Shown: positions 40,020-50,685, counted from the first letter of the stretch. The stretch: 64,000 nucleotides of DNA from Chloroflexota bacterium (GCA_027623675.1 JAQBVF010000001.1:32001-96000), one strand, 5' to 3'. Translations and numbers: made by a program. The notes: generated by a model from the letters alone, not told the origin.

Positions 40020-40661
40020 GTGCCCGAAACGCCGCCACAGCGATCATCGAACCAAGAACCATCGAAAACGCCGCCGCTGCTGGTGGTGCTTTCCGGGCCG
40101 TCGGGGGTGGGCAAGGATGCCGCCCTGGCTGAACTTCGCAAGCTGGGCCGGCCCTGGCATTTCGTGGTCACCGCCACCACCCGGAACATCCGGCCCGGCG
40201 AGACCGACGGCAAAGACTACATCTTTCTGGACGAGCCAACCTTTCTCCGCATGAAGGACAACGGCGAATTCGTGGAGTGCGCCCAGGTCTACGGCCATTG
40301 GTACGGCGTACCCAAGAGCCAGGTGACCACCGGACTGGACGCGGGCAAGAACGTGATCTTGAAGATCGACGTCCAGGGCGCCGCCACGGTGCGTAAGATG
40401 GCCCCCGATGCCCTGTTCATCTTCATGGTCCCTCACTCGTTCCATGAGTTGGAGGACCGGCTTTCTCAGAGGATGACCGAGTCCACCCCCGAGATGGAGC
40501 TGCGCCTCGAGACCGCCGCCGAAGAGATGAAGCTGGCCGGCGAGTTCGATCACCAGGTCGTGAACCGGGAGGACCACCTGGACCAAGCGGTGGCTGAAAT
40601 CGACTCCATAATCGATTCCGAGCGGCGCCGCGATGGGCGAACTCCCTTGCGGCTGTTGTAG
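40020..40661 (+). CDS. gmk: Guanylate kinase
   Basis: SGPSGVGK, TTR..RPGE.DG.DY.F, YG; start placed at GTG 40020. Confidence 0.93.
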   Translation: MPETPPQRSSNQEPSKTPPLLVVLSGPSGVGKDAALAELRKLGRPWHFVVTATTRNIRPGETDGKDYIFLDEPTFLRMKDNGEFVECAQVYGHWYGVPKSQVTTGLDAGKNVILKIDVQGAATVRKMAPDALFIFMVPHSFHELEDRLSQRMTESTPEMELRLETAAEEMKLAGEFDHQVVNREDHLDQAVAEIDSIIDSERRRDGRTPLRLL

Positions 40662-40742
40662 CCCTTGGTATAATTGCCTGAACTTCTCAGAAAAGGCGTT
40701 TCTTCCAAGACGTTCTTAACTAAGCCGTTTACTGGAGACCCC

Positions 40743-41651
40743 ATGGCCCAAGGCCCCGAAAAACTAGAGATCAGGCCCCGCCTGCCCGAATGGCTCAAGG
40801 TGAAGATGCCGGGCAGCCCGCGCTATCTTGAGTTGCAGAACCTGATGAAGGGCCAGCAACTGCACACGGTCTGCGAAGAGGCCCACTGCCCCAACATCGG
40901 CGAGTGTTGGGACCGGGGCACGGCCACATTCATGATTCTGGGCGACATCTGCACCCGGGCCTGCCGCTATTGCGCGGTGACCACGGGCCGCCCCAATGGC
41001 CTGGACCTGCAGGAGCCACGACGCTTGGCCGAGGTGGTCCGGACGATGGGTCTGCGCTACTGCGTGATCACGTCGGTCAACCGCGACGACCTGCCCGACG
41101 GCGGCGCCCATATCTTTGCCTCGTGCATCACCAAGATTAAAGAGACCAGCCCCGGCTGCCGGGTCGAGGTGCTGATACCCGATTTCGCCGGGTCCTGGCC
41201 CGCCCTGAAGAGGGTCATCGAATCCGGGCCGGCCGTCTTGAACCACAACATAGAGTCCACCGTGCGCATCTTCCCCAAGGTGCGGCCCAAGGGCGACTAC
41301 CAGCTTTCACTGGAGTTGCTGGCCAAGTCAAAGGACATCAACCCCGCCACGGTGACCAAGTCGGGCATCATAGTGGGCATGGGCGAGACCACGGATGAAG
41401 TCCTGGAAACCATGTCTGACTTGCGTAAGGTTGATTGCGACCTTTTGACCATCGGCCAGTACCTGCGCCCGTCCAGCAAGCACCTAGCCATCGACCGTTT
41501 CTACCGGCCCGAGGAATTTGAAGAACTACGGAAGGCCGGGGAGGCCATGGGCTTCAAGCACGTGGCATCGGGGCCTCTGGTGCGCAGTTCCTACCACGCC
41601 GATGAGCAGCACGACGCGGCGGCCGCCCGCTTGCCGGTTCAGCCGGTCTAA
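40743..41651 (+). CDS. lipA: Lipoyl synthase
   Basis: CEEAHCPNIGEC, CTRACRYC, VRSSYHA. Confidence 0.96.
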   Translation: MAQGPEKLEIRPRLPEWLKVKMPGSPRYLELQNLMKGQQLHTVCEEAHCPNIGECWDRGTATFMILGDICTRACRYCAVTTGRPNGLDLQEPRRLAEVVRTMGLRYCVITSVNRDDLPDGGAHIFASCITKIKETSPGCRVEVLIPDFAGSWPALKRVIESGPAVLNHNIESTVRIFPKVRPKGDYQLSLELLAKSKDINPATVTKSGIIVGMGETTDEVLETMSDLRKVDCDLLTIGQYLRPSSKHLAIDRFYRPEEFEELRKAGEAMGFKHVASGPLVRSSYHADEQHDAAAARLPVQPV

Positions 41652-42670
41652 CCGGCCTGAGCTTTGACCTTGGGCGCCTCTCGGAGCACTCGCCAGTAGA
41701 GCGACACGCTCAGCCCCAGCGGCACCAGCTGGAATATGATGCGGAACAGCAGCGCCACGACCACGGCTTCTTCCAGCGGCATGCCCAGCAGGTGGTAGGT
41801 GCCGGCCATGGTGCCCTCTTGGATGCCGATCCCTCCCGGCACCATGGACATGACTCCCAATGCGATGCCGATGGCGAACCCGGTGACCACCACGCCAACC
41901 CCTACGTCTTGGACGCCAAGAGCCTCGAGACAGAACCACAACACCGCCAACTGGGCCACGCGGTCCACCAGTATCCAAGCCACCGTCACGCCTAAGGCGA
42001 CTGGCCTATTCCCCAGTGCGGCCAGTCCCCGGTCAAGGGTCTCCTCGTATAGCGTGATCGAAGGGCTGATGTCGATTCGGGCGATGCGGCGTGCTCCGAT
42101 TACGAACCAAGCCAGCACCCTGGAGCGCACCGGCCGGTAGAGGAAGACCACGGCCGTGATGGCAAAGGCCACTCCCAACACCGCCGTGCCGATGCCGACG
42201 ATCACGGCGATATGGGTGTCCAATGGGTGGGTCAGCAGCAGGTAGGTCAGGCCGCCGGGTATGAAAAGGAAGAATGCCAGACTCTGGAAGTAGCCGTGGA
42301 AGAGTGACGGGGCCACGCCCTGGCTGCGCCGGACGTTCCGCCGGGTGAGGAGCAGTATCCGCACCGAATGGCCGGCCAGGCCTCCAACCGAGGCGATCAT
42401 GGTCGATGACACCATGCCTATCTCGATCAGGTCGCGGATGGGCAGGCGGATACCGAACCAGCGGTTGACCAACGCGTAGCCGCAGGCCTCCGCCGCATAC
42501 GACAGGGCCGTTAACAACAGGGCCCCTGCGATCCACCGCCAGTCGGCATCCGCTAGCACCCGGCCTGCTTCATGCCAGTCCAGCGCCGTGACCAGGTAGA
42601 TGATCAGTCCCAGGATCGCGGCGGCCGCGACCGCTGCCGGACCGCTGAGACGCCGAAACGCCTGTGGCAT
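41648..42670 (-). CDS. Lysylphosphatidylglycerol synthase TM/flippase-like (UPF0104) membrane protein
   Basis: Multi-TM; PGGIGIQE...A...LLFR signature. Confidence 0.85.
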   Translation of the reverse strand: MPQAFRRLSGPAAVAAAAILGLIIYLVTALDWHEAGRVLADADWRWIAGALLLTALSYAAEACGYALVNRWFGIRLPIRDLIEIGMVSSTMIASVGGLAGHSVRILLLTRRNVRRSQGVAPSLFHGYFQSLAFFLFIPGGLTYLLLTHPLDTHIAVIVGIGTAVLGVAFAITAVVFLYRPVRSRVLAWFVIGARRIARIDISPSITLYEETLDRGLAALGNRPVALGVTVAWILVDRVAQLAVLWFCLEALGVQDVGVGVVVTGFAIGIALGVMSMVPGGIGIQEGTMAGTYHLLGMPLEEAVVVALLFRIIFQLVPLGLSVSLYWRVLREAPKVKAQAG

Positions 42671-42673
42671 CAG

Positions 42674-43339
42674 CTAGACCCTTCTCAGGTTAAGGCTGAC
42701 TCCCACGTCGCCGACGCGGTCCCATCGGAACTCAGGCTCGAGCGCCAACACCAGCTCCGGCTCCACCGACGCCCATAGCGCCGCTCCGCTCCTCGCCCCG
42801 GCCCGTTGGGCACACTCGATATCACGGTGGCTGTCCCCGACGTATAGGCATTCCTCGGGCGTCACTTCCAGCGACTCCATCACGTCTTGGAGTCCGGCCG
42901 GGTCGGGTTTGGGGCGCATGCCGTCTGTGATGAACAACGCCCGGTCGATGGACGGCGCCAGGTTGGAATATTCAAATTCTGGAACGCCGAAGTGCTGCCG
43001 CTTATCGGATAGGATGGCGGTCCGATAGCCGTTCGCCTTGAGCTGGTTGAGCAGCTCGGCGATGCCCGGATACAGGCGGCGCTCCTGCCAGACGGCGGCG
43101 TGGTAAAAGCCCAGGTAGGTTTCCATGACTCGTTCCTGGTCGCCGGGGAAGAACCAAGCAAGGTGCTCAAGGAACGGCCGCGAATACTCCCGGCCCACGT
43201 CGGCTTCAGCGGGGTGGGCATGACCCAGAACGTCGGCGGTCTGCTGCATCAGGCTGAGGTGGATATCCCAACTGTTCCACAGAGTCAGGTCCCAATCGAA
43301 CACCACCGCTTTCAACTGTATGTCGCCGTTGTCCCGCAC
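42674..43339 (-). CDS. HAD family phosphatase
   Basis: VFDWDLTL, KPDP, YVGDS..D. Confidence 0.85.
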   Translation of the reverse strand: MRDNGDIQLKAVVFDWDLTLWNSWDIHLSLMQQTADVLGHAHPAEADVGREYSRPFLEHLAWFFPGDQERVMETYLGFYHAAVWQERRLYPGIAELLNQLKANGYRTAILSDKRQHFGVPEFEYSNLAPSIDRALFITDGMRPKPDPAGLQDVMESLEVTPEECLYVGDSHRDIECAQRAGARSGAALWASVEPELVLALEPEFRWDRVGDVGVSLNLRRV

Positions 43340-43459
43340 TGGCCGTCCTTTGCCCGGCAGCTTTCAGCCGGCAGTTGTTCACTAGCAAAGATTCTACAGC
43401 ACCCGGTCCGCGTCGGTCTCAGATACGGGTGGGATGGGCTGGCCAGAATCATAAAATAG

Positions 43460-43488
43460 TTGACATTGCAACTTTTTTCCGGTATATT
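43460..43488 (+). promoter_or_regulatory. Sigma70 promoter of the VOC gene
   Basis: TTGACA-N17-TATATT. Confidence 0.7.
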
Positions 43489-43613
43489 AATCCTAATGTT
43501 ACTTGCATCCGCAACTATTTTGCACCCGCAAGTACCTGCAGGGCCGGTAGAAGGCCCGATGATATACTGAATCATCCGATGGCTGTAAAGCCCGGAGGCG
43601 CACGGGAGGGACT

Positions 43614-44141
43614 ATGAAGACACGCGGAATCAATCACCTGGCATTAGTAACCAACGACATGGAAAAAACCGTTCGCTTCTACCGGGACGTTATGGGATTC
43701 CCCTTGGTCGCCGCCATCGGCAACAGGCCCGGCGGACTGAGGGCCAGGCACTACTTCTTCGAGACCGGCCCCAACTCGACCATCGCCTTCTTCGAGTGGG
43801 AGGGCGCCGAGGACTTCCACAAGCCGGCCGGCCTGGAAGCTTCGGGCCGGATCCAGTTCGACCACGTTTCCTTCGATGTGGAGACCGAGGACGAATTGCT
43901 GGAGCTGCAGAAGAGACTGGACGACGCCGGACAGGAAGTGACCACGGTGGTTGACCACAACTTCATCCACTCCATCTACTTCCACGACTTCAGCGGCATC
44001 GCGCTGGAGGCTTCCGTCTGGATCACCAATCCCACCGGAAAGGCGCCCGACTACTCCAACAAGGACATTTTCGGCGACCCAAACCCGGTGCCGGCCCTGC
44101 AGGAAGAGATGGACAAGGCCCGGATGGTCAAGTCCAGTTAG
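43614..44141 (+). CDS. VOC/glyoxalase family protein
   Basis: INHLAL...DM..T..FY..V.G, HYFF, DHVSF, SIYF.D..G..LE. Confidence 0.88.
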   Translation: MKTRGINHLALVTNDMEKTVRFYRDVMGFPLVAAIGNRPGGLRARHYFFETGPNSTIAFFEWEGAEDFHKPAGLEASGRIQFDHVSFDVETEDELLELQKRLDDAGQEVTTVVDHNFIHSIYFHDFSGIALEASVWITNPTGKAPDYSNKDIFGDPNPVPALQEEMDKARMVKSS

Positions 44142-44178
44142 AGCTTTCCCAGCAGCGATCGCCCATAGAGCGTAAAGT

Positions 44179-44209
44179 AGGGGACGGCCAAATGGCCGTC
44201 CCCTTTTTT
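44179..44209 (+). terminator. Intrinsic terminator
   Basis: ggggacggcca-aa-tggccgtcccc-T6. Confidence 0.85.
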
Positions 44210-44252
44210 GCTGTCCGATATCCTCAGATACACCGACGAGAGAGAGCCACAC

Positions 44253-45809
44253 ATGACACGGAAACCCGACCTGGTCGTCGTCAATGCCAACGTCATCACC
44301 ATGGACCCGTCCGGTCCCCACGCCCAGGCGGTTGCCGTGTCCGGTGAGCGGATCTTGGCCGTGGGCAGTGACGACGAAATAAAAGGGCGGGCGGGACCGG
44401 ATACTCAGGTGATCGACGGCCAAGGTCTCACGCTGCTACCGGGGCTGATCGACTCCCATTGCCATCTGCTGTCGCTGGCCCGCACCACCCAGGAACTGGA
44501 TTGCCGCCCGGACAAGGCGGCTTCGGTGGCGGCCATATCCTTCCGGGTGTTCGAGTGGGCCCGCATCGTGCCGCCGGGCGAGTGGGTGCGCTGCTACGGA
44601 TACGACGACCTGGCCTTGGAAGAATCGCGCCACCCAACCAGGCACGACCTGGACGAAATCTCTCCGCGGCATCCGGTGCGGCTCGACCACCGCTCGGGCC
44701 ACGCCACCGTGCTGAACAGCCTGGGCCTGCGGATGGCGGGAATCACCGCCGACACTCCGGACCCGGTTGAAGGGGTGATCGAGCGGGACGCCGACGGACA
44801 GCCGACCGGCGTTCTGCTTGAGATGTCCGGTTACCTGTCGCAGAGGACCGACAGCAGCCGGACCCGGAACAAGATGCGGCAGGGCGTGGTTGCGGCCAAC
44901 CGCCTGCTGCTGAGCCACGGCATCACATCGGTCCAGGATGCGGGCCCGGAGAACGGCCCGGAACGATGGCAGGCCTTCCGCGACCTGATCGACGCGGAAG
45001 CCCTGCAAACCCGGATCGCCATGATGGCCGGCGCTGGCCGCCTGGCGGAGCTAACGGATTCCGGTCTTGCCTGGGGCTCGGGCGGCGATTCTCTGCATCT
45101 GGGCCACGTCAAAGTCATGTTGACCATGACCACGGGCGCGCTTCACCCCAACATCGAAGGGCTAAGGGAGGCCGCCGCCCATGCCTCCAGAGCGGGGTTC
45201 CCCATCGCCGTTCACTGTGTGGAGCAGGAGGCGGTCATGGCGGCGGCCCAGGTAATATCAAAGCTTCCACCCCTGCCGGCCGGGGTGCCGCCCCACCGTA
45301 TCGAGCACTGCTCGGAATGCCCACCCCACGTCCTGGACGCCGTGCGTGGGAGCGGCGCCGCCGTGGTCACCCAACCTGGCTTCATCCACTGGAACGGTCC
45401 CAGCTACCGGAAGAATGTCGACCCGGCATCCCAGCCCCACCTGTACCCAGTGGGCGCATTGGATACCGCCGGAATACCCACCGCTTTCGGGTCCGACGCC
45501 CCGGTGGCCAACCCCGATCCGTGGCCGGGCATCCACAGCGCCGTCACCCGCCGGGACCGTGAGGGCCAGCCCTTCCCGGAGACCGCCGGCTCGGGACAGG
45601 TGAGCGCCGCATCGGCCCTGCGCATGTACACCCAGTCCGGCGCAGACCTGGAGGGCGCCGGTGGAAACAAGGGGTCCATCACGCCGGGCAAGTTGGCGGA
45701 CCTGGTCTTGGTGGACGCCGACCCACTATCGTGCGATCCCCAGGCGCTGAAAGATATCAAGGCAAAGATGAGCATCGTCGGGGGAAAGGTGGTGTGGGAG
45801 GGGCGGTAG
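44253..45809 (+). CDS. Amidohydrolase 3 family (YtcJ-like)
   Basis: PGLIDSHCH, GH...LNS, HRIEH, GSDAPV, GSI.PGKLAD. Confidence 0.9.
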   Translation: MTRKPDLVVVNANVITMDPSGPHAQAVAVSGERILAVGSDDEIKGRAGPDTQVIDGQGLTLLPGLIDSHCHLLSLARTTQELDCRPDKAASVAAISFRVFEWARIVPPGEWVRCYGYDDLALEESRHPTRHDLDEISPRHPVRLDHRSGHATVLNSLGLRMAGITADTPDPVEGVIERDADGQPTGVLLEMSGYLSQRTDSSRTRNKMRQGVVAANRLLLSHGITSVQDAGPENGPERWQAFRDLIDAEALQTRIAMMAGAGRLAELTDSGLAWGSGGDSLHLGHVKVMLTMTTGALHPNIEGLREAAAHASRAGFPIAVHCVEQEAVMAAAQVISKLPPLPAGVPPHRIEHCSECPPHVLDAVRGSGAAVVTQPGFIHWNGPSYRKNVDPASQPHLYPVGALDTAGIPTAFGSDAPVANPDPWPGIHSAVTRRDREGQPFPETAGSGQVSAASALRMYTQSGADLEGAGGNKGSITPGKLADLVLVDADPLSCDPQALKDIKAKMSIVGGKVVWEGR

Positions 45810-46023
45810 CCCGCTGCTCTCAGCCGGTTCGCGCCCTCATGCCAACGCGCCGGAGACCCATAGCAAGCGCAGGGATACCAGGCAGCAGTTCTACGGGTAC
45901 CTAAAAAACGGGTACCTAAAAAACCGCATGGATACCAAGCACGACCCCGATGGAACCATACCTTTGCCGGAAGCCGGACACGACCCCCCAAAGCTACCGC
46001 GCGCGTCCGAATGAGACCCGGTT

Positions 46024-47007
46024 TCACCGGCGGCGGGATATCACGTAGCTGGATAGGTCGTCCAGCGAGCGCTTGGGGCCGCAGTCGGGGAGGTCCTGAA
46101 TCGCTTGGCGGGCCTTGTCGCAATAGTCCTGGACCACCCGCTCGCAATCGGGCAGGATGGTCGAGTTGTTGATAACTTCCAACACCTTTTCCAGCTTGGC
46201 GGAATCGGTCGGGTCTTTGAACAGGGCCGGGACCAGGTCGTCGTTGGGGTAACGCTCCATCAGCATGATCGTCGGCAGGGTCAGCACCCCGTTCAGCAGG
46301 TCGCTGCCCACCGGCTTGCCCAGGTTGGACGCGTCACCCTGGACATCCAGCAGGTCATCGCCAACCTGGAAGGCCATGCCGATGTTGTATCCGTAATCGC
46401 GCAGCGCCTGCACCTCATTCTCCGGCGCCCCGCCCAGCAGCGCGCCCGACTCGCTGGCCGTGCAGAACAGAGAAGCAGTCTTGCGGTAGATGCGGTCGTG
46501 GTAGAGTTCGCGGGCTTGGGCCGCGTCGAAGGCGTTGAAATATTCCAGCAACTGGCCGCTGGCCAACTCCATGATCGTCTCGGAGAAGCGGCGGATCACC
46601 CGGATGTTCTGGGTGTCGCAGACGAAGGTGGCCGAGGTGGCGAAAACGTAATCCCCGAAGAGCACCGCCACGTGGGGATTCCAGGTGTTGCTGACCGTGG
46701 ACCGACCGCGGCGCAGGGGCGAGTTGTCCACTGTGTCGTCGTGAATCAGGGTGGCCAGGTGCAACAGCTCCACGGCGCTGGCCATGAAGACCGGCCGCTC
46801 CGGGTCGTGGGGGTGGAACTGGGCCGCCAGCAGAGTTATCGCCGGACGCACCCGCTTGCCGCCCACATCGGTTACGTACTTGAGCAGGGGCTGGACCGGG
46901 GAGGTCTCGGTCTCCGCCAGGCTGCGGAGCTTATCTTCCACCCGGGCCAGTTGGTCCTGGACCGGGGCGTAGATGGAGGCTGTGCGTTGGTCTAGGCCGT
47001 GGAGCAT
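46024..47007 (-). CDS. Polyprenyl diphosphate synthase
   Basis: GGKRVRP, LIHDDTVD...RRG, KTA, FQV.DDLLD, GKP.G.D. Confidence 0.93.
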   Translation of the reverse strand: MLHGLDQRTASIYAPVQDQLARVEDKLRSLAETETSPVQPLLKYVTDVGGKRVRPAITLLAAQFHPHDPERPVFMASAVELLHLATLIHDDTVDNSPLRRGRSTVSNTWNPHVAVLFGDYVFATSATFVCDTQNIRVIRRFSETIMELASGQLLEYFNAFDAAQARELYHDRIYRKTASLFCTASESGALLGGAPENEVQALRDYGYNIGMAFQVGDDLLDVQGDASNLGKPVGSDLLNGVLTLPTIMLMERYPNDDLVPALFKDPTDSAKLEKVLEVINNSTILPDCERVVQDYCDKARQAIQDLPDCGPKRSLDDLSSYVISRRR

Positions 47008-47008
47008 G

Positions 47009-48709
47009 TTACTCGCCGGAGGTCCCGATGCCTAATCTCTCGACCTCTTCTTCGATGATTACCGGGTCCAGCTTAGTATACAGCGGCGAGGGCTGCCGCA
47101 GGCCGGCCCCGGCCTTGATGCCGTCCACGCACGAATCGAACTCCCACACGCCATCTTCCACCGGGCCGTCGAACCCCAGGAATTCGTGGACCTTTTGGGA
47201 GCTGAAGGGCATGAATGGGTACAAGATGGTCTTGAGGCAGTTGATGGCCTGCATGGCCACGGTCAGGCTGGAGCCCGCCAGGTCGCGGTCTTCTTTGATG
47301 CTCTTCCAGGGAGCCTTGGTGTCCAGGTAGCGGTTGGCTTCCTGGGCCAGGCCGAACGCCTGAGTGACCGCCGCCTTGAATCGGCAGTTATAGAGGCTGT
47401 CGCTGACTGAATCCATGGTCTCGCGGGCGGTCCGGAGCAGGCCCTCGTCCACTTCATCCAGGGACTGGACCCCCGGCACCTTGCCGTCGAAGTTCCGGAA
47501 GGTGAAGGACAGCACCCGGTTGACCAGGTTGCCGTAGGTTGCCACCAACTCCTCGTTGTTGCGCCGGACGAACTCCGACCAGGAGAAGTCGGAGTCTCCC
47601 GACTCGGGCATGTTGATGGAGAGCAGATAACGCAGCGGGTCGGGGTCGTACTTCGCCAGGTAATCGGGCAGCCAAACCGCCCAGTTCTGGCTGGTGGAGA
47701 ACTTCTGGTTCTCCAGGCTCAGGAATTCGTTGGCGGGCACATCGTAGGGCAGGTTCAAGCCCTTGCCGTAGGCCATGATGATGGCCGGCCAGATGATGCT
47801 ATGGAAAGGGATGTTGTCCTTGCCGATGAAGTAGTAACTCTTGGTTCCGGGGTCCTTCCAGAAGTCCTCCCAGTTGCCGCCGGTCTTCTCGGCCCATTCC
47901 ACCGCCGCCGACAGATAGCCGATGACCGCCTCGAACCAGACGTAGATCTTCTTGGAGTCGTAGCCTTCGATGGGAATGGACACGCCCCAGGAGAGGTCGC
48001 GGGAGATGGCCCGGTCCTTGAGTCCATCCCTAAGGAATTGCCGGGTGAAGTTCTTGACGTTGTTGCGCCAGTGGTCCTGCTTCTCCACCCACTCCAAGAG
48101 CGGCTGTTCAAAGGCCGACAGCTTGAGGAAGAAGTGCTCCGACTCCCGGAACTCGGGGGTTGTGCCGCAGATGGCGCAGCGGGGTCCGACCAATTCCTGG
48201 GGGTCCAGGGTCCGGCCGCAGGCGTCGCATTGGTCGCCGCGGGCGCGGGTGTTCTGGCAGTGGGGGCACGTGCCCTCAACGTAGCGGTCGGGCAGGTAGC
48301 GGTCGCACTGGGAGCAGTAGGCCAGCAGCATGTTATCGGTGTAGATGTAGCCCTGCTCGTGCAGCGAATTGAAGACGTCGTGGACCACCCTTTCGTGGTT
48401 CTCGGTCTGGGTCGAGGTGAACAGATCGAAGGAGATGCCCAGTTGCTGCCACGACTCCAGGAACATGGCGTGGTAACGCTCGACCACTTCCTTCGGGGTG
48501 ATGCCTTCCTGGTCGGCCCGTATGGTGATCGGCGTGCCGTGGGTGTCGCTGCCGGAGACCATCAGCACTTCGTTGCCCTTCATGCGGTGGTAGCGGGCGA
48601 AGATGTCGGCGCTCAGGTAGCAGCCGGCGATATGACCCAAATGAAGGGGACCGTTGGCGTAGGGCCAGGCCACGGCCACAAAGATACGTTCTGAAGTGCG
48701 TTCAGGCAA
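47009..48709 (-). CDS. metG: Methionyl-tRNA synthetase
   Basis: PYANG.LHLGH, Zn knuckles, GKDNI.FH, KFSTS. Confidence 0.97.
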   Translation of the reverse strand: MPERTSERIFVAVAWPYANGPLHLGHIAGCYLSADIFARYHRMKGNEVLMVSGSDTHGTPITIRADQEGITPKEVVERYHAMFLESWQQLGISFDLFTSTQTENHERVVHDVFNSLHEQGYIYTDNMLLAYCSQCDRYLPDRYVEGTCPHCQNTRARGDQCDACGRTLDPQELVGPRCAICGTTPEFRESEHFFLKLSAFEQPLLEWVEKQDHWRNNVKNFTRQFLRDGLKDRAISRDLSWGVSIPIEGYDSKKIYVWFEAVIGYLSAAVEWAEKTGGNWEDFWKDPGTKSYYFIGKDNIPFHSIIWPAIIMAYGKGLNLPYDVPANEFLSLENQKFSTSQNWAVWLPDYLAKYDPDPLRYLLSINMPESGDSDFSWSEFVRRNNEELVATYGNLVNRVLSFTFRNFDGKVPGVQSLDEVDEGLLRTARETMDSVSDSLYNCRFKAAVTQAFGLAQEANRYLDTKAPWKSIKEDRDLAGSSLTVAMQAINCLKTILYPFMPFSSQKVHEFLGFDGPVEDGVWEFDSCVDGIKAGAGLRQPSPLYTKLDPVIIEEEVERLGIGTSGE

Positions 48710-48906
48710 GGAGAAAAGTCCCGTGACGATTTACGGATTTTGTGGGGGTATTCTATCATTGGGGGGAGCGGGGAGTCCAAATAATGTTAGTCACTCATCA
48801 AGGTGCAAATTTACGATTCACGATGATGAAATCAATATTTACAGTACCGTAATTAGAATGGTACGGTGCATTAATCCGTAACTAAATCGGTAAATGAGGC
48901 TGAAGA

Positions 48907-49824
48907 ATGGCACGGCGTAAGATTTCGTTTTATCAATTGCGACCGACGCGGGTGACGAACGCAGGTTGGATATTTGACACAACCAAATTCATTTCTGAGC
49001 TAAACTCTCTCGCGCCAAATAAGAGGAGGGTGTTCCCAGCCAGCGAAAATGGAATGATTGCTGAGGCAATCAAGGACGTCACCCATAATAGCATCAGGTT
49101 CGGACGTTGCAGGAGGATTGGATTACCGTTGATTGAAAAGGGCGGAGTGTTTTCGTTGGATACGGTCGACAACGATGAATCCCGGGCAGAGGCAACACAC
49201 CTCGTATTTTTCAAAGAAAACGTGATTGGTGCCGAGGTCACAAGAGACGGATTACGCCCATCGTCATTGATAGAATATTTGAAGGCTATATCGCCTGACT
49301 TGATGCCAGAAAATAAGCGGTTGCGATGCTCGCCTCTTTATGAAAAAGGGACTCTGGATTATCTAGATTCCGCAAAGCAAGTGCGTTCGGTCGAGATAAA
49401 GTTCGCGGGGTTGCTTCAACCTAGTGTGTCCAACCAGGCAAATCCTGGCCCCGAAGAACAATTAGCGAATATTGCTCGTGGATTCCAGGGGGCTAGAGCT
49501 GGATTCTCCTTGAGCAACCTTGACGGGCTGGATGGCTCTGGTTTAAAAGACTTTGTGTCTAATGTGTTTGGAACCTACTCTGTCTCCGTCGCCAAAGCAA
49601 CAATCCGCCTAGAAGACGATCAAATCACAATTGTCGACCTCATTAAAGGGCACATCGGCACAGAAAAGGACATAGAATTGGAGAACGGCTCATCAGGCTC
49701 AGTCAAACCTTCATCGGCCTACGAAGCAATTATCGAAGCATATGGAGAATTTGAGCACCAAATCATGACCTCTGTAGCCGCTTATCAAGAGGGCGACATC
49801 AATAATCCGGAATCCCTCGAATAA
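48907..49824 (+). CDS. Hypothetical soluble protein, low GC (resembles DUF6731/DUF4747-type proteins)
   Basis: 305-aa ORF with AT-rich codon usage; LP....G.....DE..AE.TH..FF...IGAE...G.R.S.L..YL pattern. Confidence 0.65.
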   Translation: MARRKISFYQLRPTRVTNAGWIFDTTKFISELNSLAPNKRRVFPASENGMIAEAIKDVTHNSIRFGRCRRIGLPLIEKGGVFSLDTVDNDESRAEATHLVFFKENVIGAEVTRDGLRPSSLIEYLKAISPDLMPENKRLRCSPLYEKGTLDYLDSAKQVRSVEIKFAGLLQPSVSNQANPGPEEQLANIARGFQGARAGFSLSNLDGLDGSGLKDFVSNVFGTYSVSVAKATIRLEDDQITIVDLIKGHIGTEKDIELENGSSGSVKPSSAYEAIIEAYGEFEHQIMTSVAAYQEGDINNPESLE

Positions 49825-50309
49825 TGACGGTCTTGTGGGGTTGGTATCAACGCTCCCACTCGCGGGTCGACATTGTTTGGGCAACTGCCCTCGTCGCTTT
49901 AGGTTTTACAGTGTTTCGCGGCCATTGGCAAGCCGAGTCGGTATCTCAAGACACGACTGTGTATGCAACTATTGCAACCATTTCCGGAGCGCTCTTAGGA
50001 TTTGCAATCACCTCAATTTCAGTTCAGCTAGCCTTCTTAGGCGGAAACGAATTCGAAGCCGTTCGAAAAAACCCGGAGTACCTTCGATTGTTCAGCGATT
50101 TTAAGTGGGCAATATTCTTGTTCGGAATCACAACTCTAGTGGCGCTGGTCGGGTTAATGTTCAAAAATCCAGAAGAGGAGATAACGGGATTAGTCTTGTT
50201 ATCAACGATGCTTTGGTTTTCGATATTGAGCGCGGCTAAATTGGCTCACGCGCTTCGAATATTATGGCTTGCAGCAGGCGCCCATGGCATGGCCAGCCGA
50301 GACCAATAA
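49824..50309 (+). CDS. Hypothetical membrane protein with about 4 TM helices, low GC
   Basis: TAATG stop/start overlap with the upstream gene; four hydrophobic segments. Confidence 0.7.
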   Translation: MTVLWGWYQRSHSRVDIVWATALVALGFTVFRGHWQAESVSQDTTVYATIATISGALLGFAITSISVQLAFLGGNEFEAVRKNPEYLRLFSDFKWAIFLFGITTLVALVGLMFKNPEEEITGLVLLSTMLWFSILSAAKLAHALRILWLAAGAHGMASRDQ

Positions 50310-50373
50310 TACAGAAGTATGTTCTGAAGTAGGTTGGTCCGTTATTACACGTAATTAACCACATCACCCCCGA

Positions 50374-50402
50374 TTGACAACCCCCACGCCTGCTGATACG
50401 AT
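50374..50402 (+). promoter_or_regulatory. Sigma70 promoter of the T-box/ilv operon
   Basis: TTGACA-N17-TACGAT with TG extension. Confidence 0.75.
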
Positions 50403-50424
50403 TCATCAGTTACATAGTTACGAT

Positions 50425-50685
50425 TTCCGCTGGGAACGGGAGTAGTAGGGATACCCTGCCTGAGAGAGCCGGTGGCTGGTGCGAATCCGGTGGCAGTAGG
50501 GTCCCGAACTCGCCCGGGAGCGGCCCGCCTGAACAACGAGTAGGGCGCGGCGGTTGACACCGATATAATGTCTTCGAGTGGCCAGGCGGCCGGTCTAGCA
50601 ACGACGGGACCGAACGCAGGGCCAGAAGAAGGGTGGTACCACGAGCCTATTGGCCCGTCCCTTCCATGGGGGATGGGTTTTTTTA
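50425..50685 (+). ncRNA. T-box riboswitch (Leu specifier CUC)
   Basis: AGAGA and GGTG..AA stem I motifs, GAA-CTC at 50506-50511, T-box AAGGGTGGTACCACG at 50629-50643, terminator 50654-50685. Confidence 0.92.
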
